NCBI GenBank assembly: GCA_963803435.1
Contig: CAWDML010000001.1
Span: forward strand, 512,001-576,000
DNA: 64,000 nucleotides
Direction of reading: 5' to 3'
Source of the DNA: an uncultured delta proteobacterium
GTDB lineage: Bacteria; Myxococcota; Kuafuiibacteriia; Kuafuiibacteriales; Kuafuiibacteriaceae
Below, piece after piece: positions 58,148 through 64,000 of this stretch (the first letter of the stretch is position 1; every line of letters starts with the position of its first letter). The translations under genes were made by a program, and so were the position numbers. Below the pieces are notes generated by a model. That model was not told where the DNA came from and made no database searches. It saw nothing but the letters and a program-made list of their open reading frames with translations.

Positions 58148-60516
58148 GGAGCCCCGTCTTTGCGCTGCTGGTGCTCTCGGCCTGCACCGAGAAGACCGAC
58201 GTCCCCATCGGGTTCGCCGCCGAGGGCAGTGCCTGCGACCGAGTCGCCGACTGCCAGGCCGGGCTCGACTGCCGCGACGGCACCTGCACGCCGATCCCCG
58301 AGCCCGACATCACCGGGCGCGCCGGCAGCGCCTGCACCGGCGACGGCGCGTGCGCCGGCGACCTCTGCTGCGGGAACCAGGGGGTCTGTCGCGCGCCGCT
58401 CGCCGGCGCCTGCGGGCTGCCCGCCGGAGCGCGCTGCGGCCTCACCCCCGACTGCGACGTGGGTCTGTTGTGCGACGGCTTCGGTCTCTGCGCCGCGCCC
58501 GGGAGCGGCCCTGGTCAAGGCGAGGAGGGCGACGCCTGCGCCGGCCTCGAGGACTGCGCGCGCCCGCTGATCTGCGGCGCCGGCGACACCTGCCAGCCGC
58601 CGCCGTTCTTCCCCGGCGTCGCGTGCACGCGCTCGGAGGAGGAGCTGGGCGCCTTCCGCGCCTACTTCGAGGTGCCGCGCGGTGCGCCGCTCGACGAGTT
58701 CTATCGGCAGCCGTTCCCCAGCGACGTGCGGCTCACCGGCGGCCGCATCGATCTGTCCGGCCACCCCGATCCCGGCGACGTGGGCGGCGTGGACTTCGCC
58801 GCGCTCTACCTCTCTGCGATCGAGGAGGACTACGTCGGCTTCGGCCTCACCGAGCCGGTGTTCCTCCGCTTCTCCGATCGCGTCGACGAGTCCACGCTCT
58901 CGATCGACGGCGGCGCCGCCACCGTGATGCTCGCCGACGTCGCGACCGGGACGAGCGTCCCGATCCAGATCCTGTATCGCGCGGAGGCCGGCGAGTTCAT
59001 CTGCGCCAGCTCGCTCGCCGTCGCGCCCATCGACGGCTTCGTGCTGTCGCCGCGAACCACCTACGCCGTCGTGATCACCACCGGCGTGAAGAGCTGGAAG
59101 GGCGAGACGCCGATCCACGACGGCGACTTCGCGGCGATCCTCGCCGACGCCACCCCCGAGGATCCGGCGCTCTCGCAGGCCCAGACCGCCTTCGCCCCGC
59201 TCGCCGGGCTGCTCGAGAAGCTGGGTCTCGATCCGAGCGAGGTGGCGGTGGCCTCGGTCTACACCACCGGCGACCCGGGCGCGGTCGGGCCCGAGCTCTT
59301 GGATGCCGTCGCCAGCGCGCCGGCGCCGGTGCTCTCGAACGCCGTCCGCTGCACGGGCGCCGCCGTCTCTCCGTGCGCCGAGGGCGGCGAGCGCGGCTGC
59401 CCGCCGGTGAGCGCCGGCTTCCACCAGATCCACGCGATGGTCTCGAACCCCGTCTTCCAGCGCGGGACCCGGCCCTATCCGTCCGCGGGTGACGGGACCG
59501 AGGGCGCGCTGGCGCGCAAGGCCGACGGGACGATCGAGGCCGTGGGGCGCGAGTCGATCTGCGTCGCGCTCGCGATCCCCAAGAGCGCGATGCCGGCCGG
59601 CGGCTGGCCGGTGGTGATCTACGGCCACGGCACCGGCGGCGACTTCCTCTCCGGGATGGGCGATGTCGCCGGCGACCTCACCGCCTCGGGGATCGCGGTC
59701 GTCGGCTTCGACGGCGCGATGCACGGCCCCCGGCAGGGGCTCCCGCCGGCGCTCCGCCAGGATCCGGGGCGGCTCTTCTTCAACGCCCAGAACCCGCGCG
59801 CCGCCCGCGACAACGTGCTCCAGGGCGCCGCCGACATCCACAACCTGGTGCGCCTCCTGAAGACGCTCCAGCTCGAGCAAGCAGAGGTCGGGTTGACGGC
59901 GCGCTTCGATCCCGCGCGCATCCTCTACTACGGGCACTCGCAGGGCACGGTGGTGGGGGCGCCCGTGCTGGTGAACGACCCGGATCTGCGGGCCGCCGTC
60001 TTCACCGGCGCCGGCGCGGAGATCGGCCTCACCATGGTCTACAAGAAGAAGCCGAACGACGTCGCCGCCCTCACCCGCGCGCTCTTCGGCGATCAGACCG
60101 TGAGCCGGCTCCACCCGATGATCGGGCTGATGTCGCTCTTCTTCGGCCCCGCCGACGCCACGCCCTACGCGGCCCAGCTCCCCGAGGGCCGGGTCCACTT
60201 CCTCCACGTCTACGGCAGGAACGACGGCTTCACCCCCGAGGTCACGCAGGCTGCGATGATCCGCGCCGGCGGCTACCCGATCGTCGGCGACGTGATCGTC
60301 CCCCTCGACGGCATCCCCCGCACCGCCGCGCCCGCCTCCGCCACCCTGGCGGGCGCCTCCGTGGGCGCCATCCAGTTCGAGCCGCCGCTCACCGCCGGCG
60401 TGCCCGACTACGACGGCCACTTCGTCGGCACGCGCGACCCTGCCGCACGCGCCGCGATCGTCACGTTCCTCGACGGCGCCGCCCACTCGGACGCGGCCCC
60501 GGAGATCACGCGATGA
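58144..60516 (+). CDS. Lipoprotein: Cys-rich repeats, Ig-like domain, alpha/beta hydrolase
   Basis: GTG overlaps the upstream stop; LVLSAC lipobox; YGHGTGG, GHSQG nucleophile elbow, ND..TP, DGHF. Confidence 0.8.
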   Translation: MRSPVFALLVLSACTEKTDVPIGFAAEGSACDRVADCQAGLDCRDGTCTPIPEPDITGRAGSACTGDGACAGDLCCGNQGVCRAPLAGACGLPAGARCGLTPDCDVGLLCDGFGLCAAPGSGPGQGEEGDACAGLEDCARPLICGAGDTCQPPPFFPGVACTRSEEELGAFRAYFEVPRGAPLDEFYRQPFPSDVRLTGGRIDLSGHPDPGDVGGVDFAALYLSAIEEDYVGFGLTEPVFLRFSDRVDESTLSIDGGAATVMLADVATGTSVPIQILYRAEAGEFICASSLAVAPIDGFVLSPRTTYAVVITTGVKSWKGETPIHDGDFAAILADATPEDPALSQAQTAFAPLAGLLEKLGLDPSEVAVASVYTTGDPGAVGPELLDAVASAPAPVLSNAVRCTGAAVSPCAEGGERGCPPVSAGFHQIHAMVSNPVFQRGTRPYPSAGDGTEGALARKADGTIEAVGRESICVALAIPKSAMPAGGWPVVIYGHGTGGDFLSGMGDVAGDLTASGIAVVGFDGAMHGPRQGLPPALRQDPGRLFFNAQNPRAARDNVLQGAADIHNLVRLLKTLQLEQAEVGLTARFDPARILYYGHSQGTVVGAPVLVNDPDLRAAVFTGAGAEIGLTMVYKKKPNDVAALTRALFGDQTVSRLHPMIGLMSLFFGPADATPYAAQLPEGRVHFLHVYGRNDGFTPEVTQAAMIRAGGYPIVGDVIVPLDGIPRTAAPASATLAGASVGAIQFEPPLTAGVPDYDGHFVGTRDPAARAAIVTFLDGAAHSDAAPEITR

Positions 60517-61232
60517 AGTGGTCGCTCCCACTCGCGCTGCTCTGTACCGGCTGTGGCGGCGGCGTCCCCATCCAGCTGGTCCTCGATCAGTTCGCCATCG
60601 ATCTGTCGCTCGACGACGCAGTGGCCGCGGTCTCACCGCAGCTGTTGCCGCCCGACTCGCCCGGGCTGCCGGAGCGTTGGCCCGACGAGTTCCCCGACAT
60701 CTGCTGGGACGCGCTGATCGACACCGATCCCGATCTGGGCGGACGCATCGACCTCACGCCCGATCCCGAGACGGATCCGCAGGCCGCCGAGGACTTCGGA
60801 CCGGTCAACAGCGGCCTGGTCGATCGCATCGAGATCGATCGCCTCGTCGTCCGCGTCGAGCGGAACACGCTCAACGTCGCGCTGCCGCCCATCGAGATCC
60901 AGGCCTCCGACGCCCTCGACGCCGACGGCGCCGACCGCCGCGCCTGGCGCACCCTGGGCGCGATCGGCGCCGACCGCATCTCGCCGCCCTGCGCCTCCGG
61001 CGAGCCCGACGACCCGGTGGTCGAGCCGGGCGAGAAGCTCGACCTCGACTTCGTCTGGGCCCGCAGCGGCGAGAGCTATCTCAACGCCCAGCTCGCCGAC
61101 GACGTCAAAGAGTTCAGCCTGCGCGGGCGCACGCGCCTGGTGATCGACACCGCGCAGAACCCCGCCCGCCCCCGCGGCGAGGTCACGCTCCGCCTGATCC
61201 TGATCGCGACGTTCTTCGTCTCGCCCCTGTGA
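60513..61232 (+). CDS. Hypothetical lipoprotein
   Basis: ATGA overlap; LCTGC lipobox; good codon usage. Confidence 0.65.
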   Translation: MKWSLPLALLCTGCGGGVPIQLVLDQFAIDLSLDDAVAAVSPQLLPPDSPGLPERWPDEFPDICWDALIDTDPDLGGRIDLTPDPETDPQAAEDFGPVNSGLVDRIEIDRLVVRVERNTLNVALPPIEIQASDALDADGADRRAWRTLGAIGADRISPPCASGEPDDPVVEPGEKLDLDFVWARSGESYLNAQLADDVKEFSLRGRTRLVIDTAQNPARPRGEVTLRLILIATFFVSPL

Positions 61233-62351
61233 TCAGGAGAGGTGCGCCGCCAGGACCTCCGCGATCCGCGCCGCCGTGCGATCCCACCCGATCTCGGCGC
61301 GCGCGCGCTCGATCGCCGGGGCCGGCAGCGGCCCTCGGCGGGCCTCGGCGTCGAGCGCCGCCTCGAGCGCCGACAGGAGCGCCGCCTCGGACTTCTCTTT
61401 CACCGCGAACACCGCCTCCTCGCCGGGATAGAGGCCGAGCAGGCGATCGATCCCGTCCTCCTCGAACAGCACGAACCGGCGCCCCACGGCCGCGTACTCG
61501 AGCGGCTTCATGCCGAGGTCGCCGGAGCGCGTGCTGACGCAGACGTCGGCGGCGCGAAGGACGCAGATCGCAGCGTCGTGCGGGAGCGCGCCGAGGAACT
61601 GCACCGGCGAGCCCGGCGGCGCGCTCCGGGCGTGGGCCTCCACTTCGGCCGCGCGCGGGCCGCCGCCGGCCACCAGGAGGCCGACGCCCGGGAGCCGGCG
61701 ATGTGCGGCGCAGAGGAGATCGATCCGCTGCTCCTCCACCAGCGTGCCGGCGAACGCGAGGTAGCGCTGCTCTGGATCGAGGCCGAGCGCGCGGCGCGCC
61801 TCACCGCGATCACCCGGAGTGGCGACGTCGAGGTCGGCGCCGTTCCAGACCACGATCGGATCGCGGGCGCCCAGCGCGGTGCGGGCGTGGCGCGCCACGT
61901 TCTCGGAGGCGGCGATCAGCGCGCGCGCATGCCGGACGGTGGGCCGGAGCACGCGCTCGACCGTCCGTATCGCCGCGTCGCTCCTCCCCGAGGCGCGCAG
62001 CTCGTCGAGGATGGGACCGTTGAGCTCGAGCGCCAGGGGGACGCCGAGCGCCCGCACCACCGCCGGGATAAGGCTGCTGGTGGGCGAGAGCCGCAGGTAG
62101 ACCACGTGCGGGCGGCGGCGCGCGATCTCGACGGCGAGCTGCGCCGCCAGGATCGACTCCATCCGCAGGCCAGGTTGCACACCGGCGGGCGGTCGGATCC
62201 GCGCCAGCCCGTCGATCGGGGCCTCGCGGCCGGGCGCGGCCAGCGTGACCTCGTGCCCGAGCGAGATCAGCTCCCGGCAGACGGCCAGGACGTGCCGCGC
62301 ACCGCCGAACGGTTGGTCGAGCCGAACCTTGGTGACGAAGAGGAGCTTCAT
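61233..62351 (-). CDS. GT4 glycosyltransferase
   Basis: GGARHV, VWNGAD, FAGTL, MKPLEYAAVG. Confidence 0.85.
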   Translation of the reverse strand: MKLLFVTKVRLDQPFGGARHVLAVCRELISLGHEVTLAAPGREAPIDGLARIRPPAGVQPGLRMESILAAQLAVEIARRRPHVVYLRLSPTSSLIPAVVRALGVPLALELNGPILDELRASGRSDAAIRTVERVLRPTVRHARALIAASENVARHARTALGARDPIVVWNGADLDVATPGDRGEARRALGLDPEQRYLAFAGTLVEEQRIDLLCAAHRRLPGVGLLVAGGGPRAAEVEAHARSAPPGSPVQFLGALPHDAAICVLRAADVCVSTRSGDLGMKPLEYAAVGRRFVLFEEDGIDRLLGLYPGEEAVFAVKEKSEAALLSALEAALDAEARRGPLPAPAIERARAEIGWDRTAARIAEVLAAHLS

Positions 62352-63425
62352 TCACCCGGCTCCGAGCAGCTCCCGGTAGATCGCCTCGTGGCGCGCGCAC
62401 ATCGCCTCGGCCGTGAAGCCGGCCTCGAAGATCCGGACCCGTCCGGCGGCGCCGAGCGCGGACGCCCGGATCGGATCGTGGAGCAGCGACGCGATGGCGT
62501 CGGCGAGCGCGCGCGGATCCTCGGGCGGCACCAGGAGACCGGTCTTCTGATCCACCACGATCTCGGGCGTGCCACCCACGGAGGTCGCCACCACCGGCAC
62601 GCCCGCGAACATGGCCTGGAGCGGCGTCTGCGGGAAGCCTTCGGTGCGCGAGGGGCACACGATCACATCGGCGCCCGCCATCAGATCGCCCACGTCCGGG
62701 CGGGGACCGAGGAGCTCGAGGTGCGCGTACCGAAGGAGCGCGGTCCGCTCGGCGCCGTCGCCGATCAGGAGCACGCGCGCACCCGAGCTCGCCAGCGACT
62801 CCGCCGCGCGGCCCAGGAGGTCGAAGCCCTTCTCGAAGCTGAGCCGGCCGACCGCCATCACCACCGGGGTGTCGCCCGAGATGCCGAGGTGGCGCCGCAT
62901 GCGCGCCCGATCGGCGCGCGGGCGATCGCGCGGGATCACGCTGGCGTAGAGGACCGCCGGCGTCACGCCGCCCGGCACGTGATCGGCGACCGCCCGGCTG
63001 ACCGCCAGCACCCGATCGAAGCGCGGCAGCGCCAGCCCCCACAGGAGCCGCTTCCAGCGGCTGGCCGAGAGCGCGCCCAGGCCGAGGTTGTGAACGGTCG
63101 TGAGGAGCTTCGCGCGGCCGAGCGCGGGGGAGGCCGCCGCCACGGTGATGTCGGAGACCTCGAGGTGGCTGTGCACCAGGTCGGCGCCGAACGCCCGCGC
63201 GACGCGGATCAGCGCGAGAGGCGCAGCGGCGTCGAGCGGGGAGCGGATGCCGAGCACGCTCACCTTCACGCCGCGCTCGCGGAGGAGCTCGCCGATCGGG
63301 CCGTCGCGGGTCACCGCCACCACGTGGACCGGCACGCCGGCCCCGTGGAAGTGGAGCGCCAGGGCCTCGACGATGCGCTCGGCCCCGCCGAAGGTCAGAC
63401 CGTTGGTGGCGAGGAGGAGGCGCAT
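62352..63425 (-). CDS. GT4 glycosyltransferase
   Basis: GGAER, VGRLSFEKG, PSRTEGFP, SVGGTPE. Confidence 0.9.
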   Translation of the reverse strand: MRLLLATNGLTFGGAERIVEALALHFHGAGVPVHVVAVTRDGPIGELLRERGVKVSVLGIRSPLDAAAPLALIRVARAFGADLVHSHLEVSDITVAAASPALGRAKLLTTVHNLGLGALSASRWKRLLWGLALPRFDRVLAVSRAVADHVPGGVTPAVLYASVIPRDRPRADRARMRRHLGISGDTPVVMAVGRLSFEKGFDLLGRAAESLASSGARVLLIGDGAERTALLRYAHLELLGPRPDVGDLMAGADVIVCPSRTEGFPQTPLQAMFAGVPVVATSVGGTPEIVVDQKTGLLVPPEDPRALADAIASLLHDPIRASALGAAGRVRIFEAGFTAEAMCARHEAIYRELLGAG

Positions 63426-63427
63426 CG

Positions 63428-64000
63428 TCAGGGCGAGATCGCCACCCGAGCGCTCTTCGGCGCCGCGCCGTCGAGGAGCGCGAGCGCGCCCGCGGGCCTG
63501 CGGTTGAGCCAGGCCGCCAGCATGAAGAGCGTGAAGAGCGAGTAGGCGTGCACGTAGTTGTCGAGCCGCGACAGGAGGAACGTGGCCCAGCGATCGACGT
63601 CCTGGAGCACGCGGCCGGCGCCGCGGATCTCCGACTCGATCGCGCGCGTGTTGGCCCGCGCGAAGGCGAGGACGTCGTAGCGAAACGATCCCTTCTCCGC
63701 AAAGTAGCGGCTCTCTCCGATCCGGGCGGCCAGCAGCGCGCGCAGCGGCAGTTTGGTGATCCGCGCCCGTTCGTCGTAGCGCTGGCTCGCCGGGAGGTTG
63801 AAGTAGTGCGCGATCAGCGCGGCGTCGGTGAAGGGGAAGGCGCTCTCGGCCCCGAAGCGGGAGGCCGCCAGGCGCGCCTTCTCCATGGTGCCGGCGCCGT
63901 CGTAGATCCGGCCGCGCACGTACGCGCGCCGATCGGTCGGCCCCATGGGAGCGACCCGCTGATCGAGCCGCTCGAAGAACCAGGAGAAGGGCGTCTGGTA
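63428..64000 (-). CDS. Asparagine synthase-related protein, C-terminal part (5' end beyond window)
   Basis: Frame open to the window edge; EK...A...G.ESAFPFTD...KLPLRALL...K pattern. Confidence 0.65.
   Translation of the reverse strand, partial: YQTPFSWFFERLDQRVAPMGPTDRRAYVRGRIYDGAGTMEKARLAASRFGAESAFPFTDAALIAHYFNLPASQRYDERARITKLPLRALLAARIGESRYFAEKGSFRYDVLAFARANTRAIESEIRGAGRVLQDVDRWATFLLSRLDNYVHAYSLFTLFMLAAWLNRRPAGALALLDGAAPKSARVAISP

Overview
A very GC-rich, gene-dense bacterial window. The Cys-rich lipoproteins, TolB-like and Ig-like domains, HEAT proteins and subtilase type suggest Myxococcota/Deltaproteobacteria (inference). About 55 CDS can be supported; I saw no rRNA, tRNA or CRISPR. 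Housekeeping-type genes include murJ, cydAB, a GST, a mitochondrial-type aconitase with a divergent LysR, lon and glycosyltransferases. Main points of interest: (1) a ~9 kb amide-ligase cluster (47.4-56.4 kb) in which a C39-like peptidase/RimK-type ATP-grasp/GCS2 ligase operon, a secreted candidate poly-gamma-glutamate hydrolase and an uncharacterised ATP-grasp sit head-to-head with pgsB-pgsC-pgsW; (2) a six-gene synthase-type exopolysaccharide operon (CBM protein, TPR-YaiO-like barrel, processive GT2, His kinase, receiver, 1212-aa HEAT protein) divergent from a secreted CotH kinase; (3) all six clear frameshifts in host genes are +1 insertions that can be placed in or directly beside GATCT, four of them reading GATTCT, which suggests a DNA-modification-linked sequencing signature; (4) a perfect 3x72-bp hairpin-forming repeat inserted in frame in a CDS; (5) an fpvK-C-D-E-like metal ABC module; (6) a lower-GC scar holding IS1182 and possible four-helix-bundle gene remnants. 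All assignments come from motif recognition by eye, with no database searches.
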